Virus record (IMG/VR): IMGVR_UViG_3300020044_004894
Coordinates: 1 to 31,006 of that record
Length of the DNA stretch: 31,006 bases
Source: a virus
Taxonomy: Duplodnaviria > Caudoviricetes
Strand: one strand, 5' to 3'
In this document: positions 9,102 to 18,199 of the stretch, piece by piece
How positions within the stretch are numbered: position 1 is the stretch's first letter
Layout: every line of letters begins with the position of its first letter
Translations under genes and position numbers: made by a program
Notes under the pieces: model-generated
The model's input: the letters and a program-made list of their open reading frames with translations, nothing else
Databases searched by the model: none
What the model was told of the DNA's origin: nothing

Positions 9102-11161
9102 TTGACGTAAAGATACAAAGCGAGGGCGCGGAAAATGCGGTCAAATCATTAAGAACGCAATTTCGTGAAGCGCAACAAGACGTTGCCGAATTAAGTGCGA
9201 AATTTGGTGCGACAAGTCAAGAGGCCGTGACCGCGGCGAAACGTGCTTCGGAATTAAAAGACCAAATCGGGGACGCAAAAGCATTGACGGACGCATTCAA
9301 TCCGGACGCAAAATTTAAGTCATTGACTTCGTCTTTGGCGGGTGTTGCCGGTGGGTTTTCCGCCGTTCAAGGTGCAATTGGACTCGTTGGTGTTGAATCG
9401 GAATCAGTAGAAAAAACACTTTTAAAAGTTCAATCGGCAATGGCTTTGTCAACCGGGTTGCAACAACTTGGTGAAAGTGCCGACGCATTTAAACAATTAA
9501 AGGCCGTTGCGCTTAATGCCTTAAATTCAATCAAAACCGCAATAGGCTCAACCGGAATTGGATTGCTTGTTGTTGCGTTGGGTGCCGTATACGCATATTG
9601 GGACGACATCAAAGAGGCGGTTTCCGGTGTATCGGAAGAACAAAAACAATTGAATGCCTTAAGTGATAAAAACTTTGAAACTGAAAAGGCGAAACTTGAA
9701 ACAATTGGAAGTCAAGATAATGTTTTGAAATTGCAAGGAAAAACCGAAAAGGAAATTTTAGCAATCAAAATAAAACAAACTGACGAAACAATAAAGGACG
9801 GCGAAATTAGATTGCAAAATAATATTGCATCTAATAAAATGGCGTATGAAGCCGAGAAAAGAAACAAAGACATACTTCAAAGATTAATGCGTTTCGGAAT
9901 TGAAATGTCAATTTTGCCGATTCGTGCATTGTTAGCGCCTTTAGATTTGATTATTAAAACCGCGAATAAAGTTGCGGACGTTTTAGGATTTGAAAAAATA
10001 ACGTCTTTGAATCTTCAAGACGAAATAACGAAATTGGCAAAATTTGGGTCCGACAAATTATCAACATTTGTTTTCGATCCGGATAAAACAAAAGCCGAGG
10101 GCGACAAATCAGTCGAGGAACAAAAGAAATATTTAGAAAAATTAAGAAACGACCGCGCCGGATATCAAAACCAAATAAATGATATTGATAAAAAAGCAAG
10201 TAACGACGCGGAACAAAAAAGAAAAGACAAAGCGGAAAAAGAGGCCGAGGAATTACAAAAGCAAAAAGACGCATTAAAGGCAATCGAAGAAAAAGCGATT
10301 GACGACATCGAGGACATAAAAGCAAAAACGGACCGCGAAAAATTGGAGTTGCAAAAGCAACGCGATTTGGAGGAATTGGACGCAATTAAATTGTCAACCG
10401 AAGAAAAAGAAAAAGCGCGTTTGGCAATTCTTGAAAAATATCGTCTTTTAACATTAGAACAAGACCAAAAAGACGCTCAAGAAAAAACGACAAAAGATAT
10501 TGAAAAAAATCAAAAAGATTTAGAGGACCAAAGTTTAACGTTCGAAGAACGAAAAGCATTGCTTGACGAACAATCAAATTTGATTAACGAGGGGTTTTTC
10601 AAATCGGAAGAGGACCGAACAAAAGCAAAAGAGGCAAATACAAAAGCGAGAACGGAACTTGACGATTTGGAAGTAAAATCAAAAGAAGCGCAACTTGCCG
10701 GAATTGGTAACGCATTGGCTCAAATGTCACAAATGGCCGGTGAATCAACAACCGAGGGCAAAGCGTTAGCAATTGCGTCAACTGCAATTTCAACTTATAC
10801 AACCGCACAAAAGGCTTACGAATCGGCATTTTTACCAGTGCCAACCGTGGCGTCACCGGCGCTTGGTGCGGTTTACGCGGGAATCGCGGTTGCGGGTGGT
10901 TTGATGAATATTCAAAAAATATTGGCCGTAAAAACTCCGGGCGGTGGTGGTGCTTCGGCTCCGGCAATTTCCGCCGGTGGTGGTGCAACGGCCTCGGCTC
11001 CGCAATTTAATGTTGTCGGCGATTCCGGGACCAATCAATTGGCTTCGTCTTTGGGCGGTGCATTGAAACAAAGTCCGGTCCAAGCGTATGTGGTGGCAAG
11101 TGACGTTTCAAGCGCTCAATCTTTGAATCGAAATATTATTCAAAATGCTTCACTTGGATAA
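9083..11161 (+). CDS. Tape measure protein
   Basis: 692 aa, helical Ala/Gly-rich segments, hydrophobic stretches and long K/E coiled coils. Confidence 0.88.
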   Translation: MAIEKIIDVKIQSEGAENAVKSLRTQFREAQQDVAELSAKFGATSQEAVTAAKRASELKDQIGDAKALTDAFNPDAKFKSLTSSLAGVAGGFSAVQGAIGLVGVESESVEKTLLKVQSAMALSTGLQQLGESADAFKQLKAVALNALNSIKTAIGSTGIGLLVVALGAVYAYWDDIKEAVSGVSEEQKQLNALSDKNFETEKAKLETIGSQDNVLKLQGKTEKEILAIKIKQTDETIKDGEIRLQNNIASNKMAYEAEKRNKDILQRLMRFGIEMSILPIRALLAPLDLIIKTANKVADVLGFEKITSLNLQDEITKLAKFGSDKLSTFVFDPDKTKAEGDKSVEEQKKYLEKLRNDRAGYQNQINDIDKKASNDAEQKRKDKAEKEAEELQKQKDALKAIEEKAIDDIEDIKAKTDREKLELQKQRDLEELDAIKLSTEEKEKARLAILEKYRLLTLEQDQKDAQEKTTKDIEKNQKDLEDQSLTFEERKALLDEQSNLINEGFFKSEEDRTKAKEANTKARTELDDLEVKSKEAQLAGIGNALAQMSQMAGESTTEGKALAIASTAISTYTTAQKAYESAFLPVPTVASPALGAVYAGIAVAGGLMNIQKILAVKTPGGGGASAPAISAGGGATASAPQFNVVGDSGTNQLASSLGGALKQSPVQAYVVASDVSSAQSLNRNIIQNASLG

Positions 11162-11173
11162 AAAAAGTTTATA

Positions 11174-11195
11174 ACAAATTTTTAATTTTAATTAT
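11174..11195 (+). promoter_or_regulatory. Putative late promoter ACA-N14-ATTAT
   Basis: Shared motif; ATG follows after 6 nt. Confidence 0.45.
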
Positions 11196-11201
11196 ATATA
11201 T

Positions 11202-12293
11202 ATGTTACCAACGTACGAAATTATTTTTGACGAACAAAAAGTTGACGGAGTGTTCGGGATTTCTTTAGTAGAAGATCCGGCAATCCAATCAAATTTCATT
11301 GCATTAAGCAAACAACAAAAAATTCAATTGTCAACTATTGACAATGAAAAAAGAATTTTGCTCGGTGCGGTTTTAGTTCCGAATTTGCCAATTTATAGAA
11401 ACCAGGACGGATTTGAATTTTACATTCAGTTTTCGGCGGACACGATTCGCAAGTCAATGGAAAACTTTTTTAAAATGTCATATCAATCGAACTCGTCTTT
11501 GGAACACGACAAAGAAATTGACGGCGTTACATTCGTTGAGTCGTGGATAAAAGAAGACGACGTTCACGACAAATCGGTTGCCTACGGAATCAACGAGCCG
11601 GTTGGAACTTGGTTTGCAACAATGAAAGTTGACAACGAGGAAATTTGGAACGATTACGTCAAAACCGGACAAGTGAAAGGATTTTCAATTGACGGAATGT
11701 TTGACTTGGAAAAAGTAAATTTAAACCAAAACTATATGAATTTAGAATCAATCGCAAATGCAATCAAAGAGGGATTTGAGGCGGTTTTGAACAATAAACA
11801 AAACGAGAGTGTTGTTGTTGAAATGGCTCAAATGAAATTGATTGACGGGGTTACCATTTTAGAGGCGGAAACATTCGAGGCGGGAATGCCGGTTTTCGTA
11901 ATTGCTGAAAATGGTGAAAAAGTTCCGGCGCCAATTGGCGAACACGAACTTGAAGACGGGAAAATTTTAGTAATCACCGAAGAGGGGATAATTGCTGAAA
12001 TTAAGGAAAAAGTTGTTGAAGACGTTGAAGAGGAAACAACCGACGTTGAAATGAATTCGGACGACGAAACTCAAAAATTCGTTGATATGATTCGCGAAAT
12101 GTTTACTCAATTTTCAAAACAAGTTGCAACGGAAATCGAGGCAATCAAAATTGAAATGAAAAACGAAATCGAACTTTCAAAAACAACAAACTTAAAACCA
12201 AGCGCAAAAGTAACACCGGAAACACAAACCGAAGTTTCAATTGCAATGACTAAAAAAGAGAGAATTTTATCAAACATTAAAAATTTAAAATAA
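11202..12293 (+). CDS. Prohead protease (XkdF-like) fused to acidic scaffold domain
   Basis: ISLVEDPAI, GAVLVPN, GTWF and KGFSIDG motifs; acidic/coiled C-terminal half; directly upstream of the capsid gene. Confidence 0.8.
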   Translation: MLPTYEIIFDEQKVDGVFGISLVEDPAIQSNFIALSKQQKIQLSTIDNEKRILLGAVLVPNLPIYRNQDGFEFYIQFSADTIRKSMENFFKMSYQSNSSLEHDKEIDGVTFVESWIKEDDVHDKSVAYGINEPVGTWFATMKVDNEEIWNDYVKTGQVKGFSIDGMFDLEKVNLNQNYMNLESIANAIKEGFEAVLNNKQNESVVVEMAQMKLIDGVTILEAETFEAGMPVFVIAENGEKVPAPIGEHELEDGKILVITEEGIIAEIKEKVVEDVEEETTDVEMNSDDETQKFVDMIREMFTQFSKQVATEIEAIKIEMKNEIELSKTTNLKPSAKVTPETQTEVSIAMTKKERILSNIKNLK

Positions 12294-12299
12294 AAAAAA

Positions 12300-13232
12300 A
12301 TGGCTACAACTACAACAGTTACCTCAAATTACGAAGGAAGACCGGCCGGTGAAATAATCGGACAAGCATTCAAAGAAATTGACACAATCGCAAAAGGATT
12401 AATCACTATTGCGGAAGACGTTAATCACAAATTATCATTAAGAAAAATTCAATACACAAACGGAACAACTGCATATTCTTGTGGATTTACTCCGGCGGGT
12501 GCTATTGTATTAAATGAAAACACTCTTGAGCCTAAAAAGTTCAAAAATGACTTAGACGTTTGTAAACAAGATTTCCGTGCTACTTGGTCGGATTCAATTA
12601 TGGGCGCAAACGCTTCAAATCCAAACGCTCCGGCTGACATTATGGAGGCTATTCAAATGGAAGTTTTAGGCGCAATGGCTGAAAAATTAGAAACTGACAT
12701 TTGGCAAGGTGACGCGGGTACGGCTTCGGAATTCGACGGATTCTTAACTTTATTTGATGCAGACGCTGACATTATTAAAGGAGGTAACGGATTAACAAAT
12801 CCAACGGCTCACGTTTCGGAATCAAACGTTTTAGATTCATATTTAAAACCAGCATTAAATGCGGTACCTTACGCATTAAGAAGAAAGGAATTAATTGTTG
12901 CAGTTTCTCCGGACGTTGCTCAAATGTATGCTTTTAAATTAGCGACTGCTGGTGTAACAAACGGACTTGGAAACACTGATTTCGCTTTATCAATTGGACG
13001 TTATGCGATTCAAGTTGTAAACGGATTACCGGACGAAACAATTGTTATTTTCGAAAAGAAAAATTTAGTTTTCGGAACTGGTTTATTGAGCGACTACAAC
13101 ACATTTGCACTTGTTGACGAAGATTCAATCGGATTATTAACCGGAAAAGTTCGTGGAAAAGTTGTTTATTCTGCTGGAGTTGGTTACTACAATCCAAACG
13201 AAATTGTTTGGTTGAAATATCAATCTGCATAA
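12300..13232 (+). CDS. Major capsid protein
   Basis: 310 aa after the protease-scaffold; E..IWQGD...FDG motif; codon bias of a highly expressed gene; followed by a hairpin. Confidence 0.85.
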   Translation: MATTTTVTSNYEGRPAGEIIGQAFKEIDTIAKGLITIAEDVNHKLSLRKIQYTNGTTAYSCGFTPAGAIVLNENTLEPKKFKNDLDVCKQDFRATWSDSIMGANASNPNAPADIMEAIQMEVLGAMAEKLETDIWQGDAGTASEFDGFLTLFDADADIIKGGNGLTNPTAHVSESNVLDSYLKPALNAVPYALRRKELIVAVSPDVAQMYAFKLATAGVTNGLGNTDFALSIGRYAIQVVNGLPDETIVIFEKKNLVFGTGLLSDYNTFALVDEDSIGLLTGKVRGKVVYSAGVGYYNPNEIVWLKYQSA

Positions 13233-13245
13233 TTGAAATAAAAAA

Positions 13246-13274
13246 AAACCGCGGTTGAAAAATCGCGGTTTATT
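13246..13274. terminator. Hairpin (weak forward terminator/attenuator, stronger on the reverse strand)
   Basis: AAACCGCGGTT-GAAA-AATCGCGGTTT with an upstream A-run and a short downstream T tail. Confidence 0.7.
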
Positions 13275-13301
13275 AAATTAACTTAAAAAAAAATAAAAAA
13301 T

Positions 13302-13832
13302 ATGTCGTGTTTAGTTTCAAAATCAAGATTATTAAATTGCAAAGACCAAAAAGGAGGTATTAAAGCAATTTATTTCGCGAATGGAACGGCGGACGATTTT
13401 GGATTTACAATTGCAACACATCAAGTAACTTCTTTGGGAACTTTGGACGAGGTTTTCAAATATGAAGTAAAAGCAACAACAAACACGTTAACAGAAACCG
13501 GAACAAGTTCCGAGGATAATGGAACGTTCTTTGTTGCTCAAGCGTTAGCGGTTACACTTCCAAAACTTTCGGCGGATCTACAAGCACAATGTCAACTAAT
13601 TTGCGCGGGAAGACCGAGCGTTTTTGTTGAGGATTACAACGGAAATATTGTTTTAGTAGGTGCTTACAATGGTACAATGTCAAACATGACAAAAGTGACC
13701 GGCGGAGCAAGTGGCGATTTGAGTGGTTTTACTTTGGCCGTAAATGCTGAGGAAAAAGACAATTCACCATTCTTAGACAATACAACGAAAACTGCGTTAA
13801 AAACATTAGTTTCGGACGTAGTGGTTTCATAA
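13302..13832 (+). CDS. Major tail (tube) protein, putative
   Basis: 176 aa beta-rich protein, C..GGIK.IYF and VEDYNG motifs; co-transcribed with the capsid gene and followed by a strong terminator. Confidence 0.65.
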   Translation: MSCLVSKSRLLNCKDQKGGIKAIYFANGTADDFGFTIATHQVTSLGTLDEVFKYEVKATTNTLTETGTSSEDNGTFFVAQALAVTLPKLSADLQAQCQLICAGRPSVFVEDYNGNIVLVGAYNGTMSNMTKVTGGASGDLSGFTLAVNAEEKDNSPFLDNTTKTALKTLVSDVVVS

Positions 13833-13853
13833 ATTGTTCATTTTTGTTTAAAA

Positions 13854-13887
13854 GCGCATTGCATTAATTTGTGATGCGTTTTTTTTT
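13854..13887 (+). terminator. Intrinsic terminator
   Basis: Stem GCGCATTGCA/TGTGATGCGT followed by a T-run. Confidence 0.85.
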
Positions 13888-13890
13888 GTT

Positions 13891-13912
13891 ACATTTTTAA
13901 ATTTTTTGTTAT
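13891..13912 (+). promoter_or_regulatory. Putative late promoter ACA-N14-GTTAT
   Basis: Immediately after a terminator; ATG follows after 6 nt. Confidence 0.5.
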
Positions 13913-13918
13913 TTTAAT

Positions 13919-14227
13919 ATGGTGGTATTTAATCCAAATGACGAAATTCATTCTTTGCGTTGCATTCCAAGGACGCAAAAAGAAGTTGTTATTCTTAAAT
14001 TAAGAAACGAACTAAAAGACACAATCGAAACTTTTGAAATTGATTCTTTTATTTCCGGAAATTATTTGATTTTAGAATTCGAAAAAACATTTGTTGAGGG
14101 TGAAAGTTCGGAAATTGAAATTTTTGACGCAATCACGGACGATTTACTTTATAGAGGCAAATCATACGCAACAACACAAACCGACTTGGAAAATTTTAAA
14201 CTTACAAAAGGAGTTCTAAAAATATAA
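13919..14227 (+). CDS. Small structural protein (possible head closure)
   Basis: Position before the portal; beta-rich, LLYRGK motif. Confidence 0.55.
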   Translation: MVVFNPNDEIHSLRCIPRTQKEVVILKLRNELKDTIETFEIDSFISGNYLILEFEKTFVEGESSEIEIFDAITDDLLYRGKSYATTQTDLENFKLTKGVLKI

Positions 14228-16140
14228 TGGAAAACAATATTCAAATTTTACAACTTGCAAACTACGTTCGTCCGGAAATCAAAGAAGTTTCGGGCAAAAA
14301 GTGGGTTTTGAATGGTGACAAGAATCAATTTTATTACGATATTATTGACGCTTATAATGGCTCACCAACAAATTCGGCAATTATTGATTCTTATTCGCAA
14401 TTTATTTACGGAAAAGGATTGACTTCAAAAGACAAATTCAAACAGCCGTCACAATGGGCGAATGTTATGTCAATGTTGTCGAAAAAAGACGCTCGAAAAA
14501 TTTGCAAGGATTTCGAAATGTTTGGCGAGGCGTCATTTGAAATCAAATACATTGACAATAAAGTTGCAAAATTATTTCATTTGCCAAAACAATGCGTTGT
14601 TCCGGAAATTGCAAACGAGGACGGAGAAATTACGGGCTATTATTTTTCATACGATTTTAGAAACGTAAACAAATATAAACCAACACGATTTGACGCTTTT
14701 GGATATGGTGAACAAACAAAAGGTGAACGAAGCGAAATTTGTGTTTTTCACGATTACCAGGTTGGGCAATTTTATTTTGCTTTGCCGTCATACGTTTCGG
14801 CAATTCCATATTCAAAACTCGAGGCCGAAATTGCCAACTATTGTGTGAATCATATTCAAAACGGATTGTCATTCGGTCACGTTATAAATATGAATACCGG
14901 CGTTCAAATGTCGGAAGAGGAAATTCAAAGAAATACGGCCGAAATTAGAAAACATTTAACCGGATCGACAAACGCCGGAAAATTCTTTTTAAATTGGAAC
15001 GACAACAAAGATTCGGAAATCACAATCCAACCTTTGGAAGTTAGCGACGCACATTCGCAATATCAATTTTTATCGTCCGAGGCACGTCAACAAATTATGA
15101 CATCGCACAAACTCACATCACCTATGTTGGTAGGGGTAAAAGAGGCGAACGGATTTTCATCAAATGCCGACGAAATTGCGGTTGCATTCGAGGAATTAAT
15201 TGAAAAGGTTATAAAACCAAAACAAGAAATTATTTGCGACGCATTGGAAGAGGTTTTTGCGGTTAATAATATAACAATATCACTTGACTTTTTGAATTTG
15301 AATTCGAGTGACGTTGTGGACCAACAAACGACCGATTTGGTTGATTCAAAAGTTTCTTATAATGGTGCGCAAATTGCAAGTGCGATTGATATTTTAGCAA
15401 AAGTAAAAGAGGGAATTTTGACACAAGAACAAGCAATTGTTTTCCTTGTTCAATTCTTAACTTTACCGGTTGAAGTTGCAACGGCAATGTTCACAAGTCA
15501 ACCGGCTCCGATTCAATCTTTAAATTTGCAATGTTCAAATCATTCAAAAGAAGAAGAAGCGGTTTTTAATGAAATTGCGGACGCATTGATTCAATTGGGC
15601 GAGGACGAGGATTTGGAAAATTACGAATTGATTGACGAACGTCAACAAAAAGACATTCCGGAAATTACGGAATTGACTTTGAAATTGGCTTCCGTTCCGA
15701 CATCGTTTCCAAACGTAACAAGTGAACAAGACAACGACTTGTTCAAAATACGTTACCAATATGCACCATTGAACGCGGGTAATAATTCACGCGAATTTTG
15801 TCGCAAAATGGTAGGCGCTTCAAAAGTTTATAGAAAAGAGGACATTTTATTCGCTTCGGAAAACGCAAACATCAATCCAGGATTTGGACCGGGTGGCGCT
15901 GACACTTATAATTTATTTTTATACAAAGGCGGAGTCAATTGTTCACATTTTTGGACTCGAAAAGTATATCTAAAAAGAAACAACAAATCAATTTCAGTAA
16001 ATGAGGCAATTCGAATCATTAATGATTTGGAGCCGTCACAACGAGCGGGTGCAAGGTTGCCACAAAATCCGGCCGAAGTTGCGCAAGTTGCTGAATCGTC
16101 AAACAATTATTGGTCTTTAGATCCAAATTATAGAAAATAA
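14227..16140 (+). CDS. Portal protein with C-terminal extension (MuF-like Cys/His domain)
   Basis: Y..SPTN.AII, N.IQNG, TGS.NAGK and Q.IM.SH..TSP portal-like motifs; C-terminal SREFC...YKGGVNC.HFW. Confidence 0.8.
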   Translation: MENNIQILQLANYVRPEIKEVSGKKWVLNGDKNQFYYDIIDAYNGSPTNSAIIDSYSQFIYGKGLTSKDKFKQPSQWANVMSMLSKKDARKICKDFEMFGEASFEIKYIDNKVAKLFHLPKQCVVPEIANEDGEITGYYFSYDFRNVNKYKPTRFDAFGYGEQTKGERSEICVFHDYQVGQFYFALPSYVSAIPYSKLEAEIANYCVNHIQNGLSFGHVINMNTGVQMSEEEIQRNTAEIRKHLTGSTNAGKFFLNWNDNKDSEITIQPLEVSDAHSQYQFLSSEARQQIMTSHKLTSPMLVGVKEANGFSSNADEIAVAFEELIEKVIKPKQEIICDALEEVFAVNNITISLDFLNLNSSDVVDQQTTDLVDSKVSYNGAQIASAIDILAKVKEGILTQEQAIVFLVQFLTLPVEVATAMFTSQPAPIQSLNLQCSNHSKEEEAVFNEIADALIQLGEDEDLENYELIDERQQKDIPEITELTLKLASVPTSFPNVTSEQDNDLFKIRYQYAPLNAGNNSREFCRKMVGASKVYRKEDILFASENANINPGFGPGGADTYNLFLYKGGVNCSHFWTRKVYLKRNNKSISVNEAIRIINDLEPSQRAGARLPQNPAEVAQVAESSNNYWSLDPNYRK

Positions 16141-16142
16141 AA

Positions 16143-16649
16143 ATGACAACAATATTATTAAAAGAAGACGAACTTACTAAAAACACGCCTTTGGGCGGAA
16201 ATATTGACGTTGACAAATATGTCGTTGCAATTGCTGACTTTCAACGAATAAGAGTTGAGGAGGTTTTAGGCGAAACGCTTTATAATAAAATTTGCGACGA
16301 TTTCGAGAATGACGATTTAACCGGCGATTATTTGAAATTATACGAGGATTATTTGAAACCTTATATCATTCACGGCTCCGCAATGGAATATTTGTTATAT
16401 GGTGCCTATCAAATAAACAACGGAGGAATTTCAAAACATAATCCGGCGGATTCGTCGTCAATTGACAAAGTTGAGGTTGATTATTTAGTACAAAATCAAC
16501 GTTTAAAAATGGAAATGTACGAGTCACGCCTGGAACGTTGGCTTTGCAAATATCATTTGCCGGAATATGTTTCAAGTTCAAACAATATTGTTAATCCGGT
16601 AAAATCAAAAATGATTTGCGGAAAGTGGTATTTAGATAATCCATATTAA
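16143..16649 (+). CDS. Head-tail adaptor (putative)
   Basis: Helical 168 aa after the portal; LG..LY, YLKP and N.GI motifs. Confidence 0.6.
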   Translation: MTTILLKEDELTKNTPLGGNIDVDKYVVAIADFQRIRVEEVLGETLYNKICDDFENDDLTGDYLKLYEDYLKPYIIHGSAMEYLLYGAYQINNGGISKHNPADSSSIDKVEVDYLVQNQRLKMEMYESRLERWLCKYHLPEYVSSSNNIVNPVKSKMICGKWYLDNPY

Positions 16650-16652
16650 TAT

Positions 16653-16781
16653 ATGAATCAAAAAAGAAAAATCGACAAAAGGACCGAAGAAAATATAAAA
16701 AAAATTAAACTATTCTTAAAAAATGCACACATTATTAAACGGGGTAACAACGGAAACGACATCGTCAACTCAAAATGTTAA
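16653..16781 (+). CDS. Small basic protein, 42 aa (MNQKRKIDKRTEENIKKIKLFLK...)
   Basis: Manually translated; starts 3 nt after the previous stop. Confidence 0.45.
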   Translation: MNQKRKIDKRTEENIKKIKLFLKNAHIIKRGNNGNDIVNSKC

Positions 16782-16992
16782 TGGACTGCATACAATAACT
16801 TGCAAAGGTTTAAAGGATTACAAACAATTTATAAATTTTTTTATTAGTGTTGACAATGTTCATTTTATTTTGTTTAAAACCATAACATACAAACAAGAAG
16901 TTTTCAATATTTACGTCGGGAATTCACATTTGTATTGCAAATTTGAAACTGAATTGACCGACAACGATCCGATTTTTGTTCACATAACATAA
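16723..16992 (+). CDS. Small beta-rich virion protein (putative)
   Basis: ORF in the structural block. Confidence 0.6.
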   Translation: MHTLLNGVTTETTSSTQNVNGLHTITCKGLKDYKQFINFFISVDNVHFILFKTITYKQEVFNIYVGNSHLYCKFETELTDNDPIFVHIT

Positions 16993-16994
16993 TT

Positions 16995-17132
16995 ATGGAA
17001 ATAGATTTTGAAATTGCGTTTTCAATTTTTGACACGATTAAAATAATAAAACCGAAAAACGACGAAAATATAACGGCGGATTCAACAATTTACACGGCGG
17101 ACAATACAAACATAACAATTGATAATTCATAA
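16995..17132 (+). CDS. Small protein, 45 aa, ending in TADSTIY-TADNTNI-TIDNS
   Basis: Manually translated; fills the gap 16993-17134. Confidence 0.7.
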   Translation: MEIDFEIAFSIFDTIKIIKPKNDENITADSTIYTADNTNITIDNS

Positions 17133-17134
17133 CA

Positions 17135-18028
17135 ATGGCACAACAAACAATCAATGTCGGAACGAGTCCAAATGACGGGACCGGGGACCCGTTAAGAACT
17201 GGGTTTATAAAAACCAACGACAATTTTACGGATTTATACAACAACAAACAAGACGATTTGGTTTCGGGAACAAATATCAAAACCATAAATTCAAATTCTT
17301 TGTTGGGAAGTGGTGACGTTGCCGTTCAAGAAACATTGGTTTCCGGAACAAATATTCAAACCATAAACGGAAACGATATTTTAACAAGTGGCGATTTGTC
17401 AGTTCAAGACACTTTGGTTTCGGGTACAAATATAAAAACCATTAACGGAAATTCAGTTTTAGGAAGTGGCGATTTGACAATTTCTGGAAGTGGTTTGCAA
17501 GGTATTCACGGATTGATACAATTAAATAGTGGTGCGCAAATATCAAGTTCAACTCAAGCCGTTTCAAGTGGTACCAGTGGAAATTTTAACACAAATAGAT
17601 TGTTGGCTTATCCATTTATCCCGGCTAAAAGTTTTACAAGTTCAAATCTTCAAATTAATGTAACGTCTGCGACTGCCGGGTCTTTATGTAGAATTGCAGT
17701 TTATAATGATTTAGACGGAGTTCCGGATACAAGTATTTTTATTAGTTCCGATTTAGATTGCTCAACAACTGGATTAAAAACGGCAACCGCTTCAATTTCA
17801 TTTGTTGCCGGAACTACTTATTGGTTAGCATTTCACGGCGGAACTGCTTCAAGTATATCGCAATTATTAGTTGCTCAAACAATAGCATTAAGATATGTAA
17901 ATATAAACGCTTATTCAAATCATTTGTTTAAAACATTATCTTTTTCAAGTGGGACGCCAACATCATTTGGAGGGTCATTGTCTTATACGGCGTCAAATGT
18001 TCCATTAATAGTAATTACAAAAGCATAA
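17135..18028 (+). CDS. Fibre / receptor-binding protein with T4 gp9/gp10-like N-terminus
   Basis: INVGTSPNDGTGDPLR..F.K.N.NF.DLY; three LVSGTNIKTING repeats; beta-rich C-terminus (AGTTYWLA). Confidence 0.75.
   Translation: MAQQTINVGTSPNDGTGDPLRTGFIKTNDNFTDLYNNKQDDLVSGTNIKTINSNSLLGSGDVAVQETLVSGTNIQTINGNDILTSGDLSVQDTLVSGTNIKTINGNSVLGSGDLTISGSGLQGIHGLIQLNSGAQISSSTQAVSSGTSGNFNTNRLLAYPFIPAKSFTSSNLQINVTSATAGSLCRIAVYNDLDGVPDTSIFISSDLDCSTTGLKTATASISFVAGTTYWLAFHGGTASSISQLLVAQTIALRYVNINAYSNHLFKTLSFSSGTPTSFGGSLSYTASNVPLIVITKA
17249..17482 (+). repeat. Three degenerate 78-bp (26-aa) fibre shaft repeats
   Basis: Q..LVSGTNI.TIN.N..L.SGD... three times. Confidence 0.9.
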
Positions 18029-18034
18029 AAAATT

Positions 18035-18199
18035 ATGGCACAAATTAGAAACGAAATTTATAATGAAAACGGACTTGTTGAAGTTGTATTTATAGAGGTT
18101 GAAGACCAATCACCGGAGGAAATTTTAAAACAAAAAGAAACTGAATTGTTGGCTATTTACGAAGAAATTCAAAAGTTAAAAAATGAAATCAATAATTAA
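18035..18199 (+). CDS. Small acidic coiled-coil protein, 54 aa (possible fibre chaperone)
   Basis: Manually translated (MAQIRNEIYNENG...); between the fibre and the holin. Confidence 0.7.
   Translation: MAQIRNEIYNENGLVEVVFIEVEDQSPEEILKQKETELLAIYEEIQKLKNEINN

Noticed and set aside
9430-11083. Several minus-strand ORFs within the tape measure gene (and similar ones genome-wide)
   Set aside because: Fully antisense to strong + strand genes, with non-protein-like composition
11740-11758. Third Fur-like site ATTTAGAATCAATCGCAAA
   Set aside because: Only the left half matches and it lies in coding sequence
17135-18028. Diversity-generating retroelement target
   Set aside because: No reverse transcriptase and no template/variable repeat pair differing at adenines was seen
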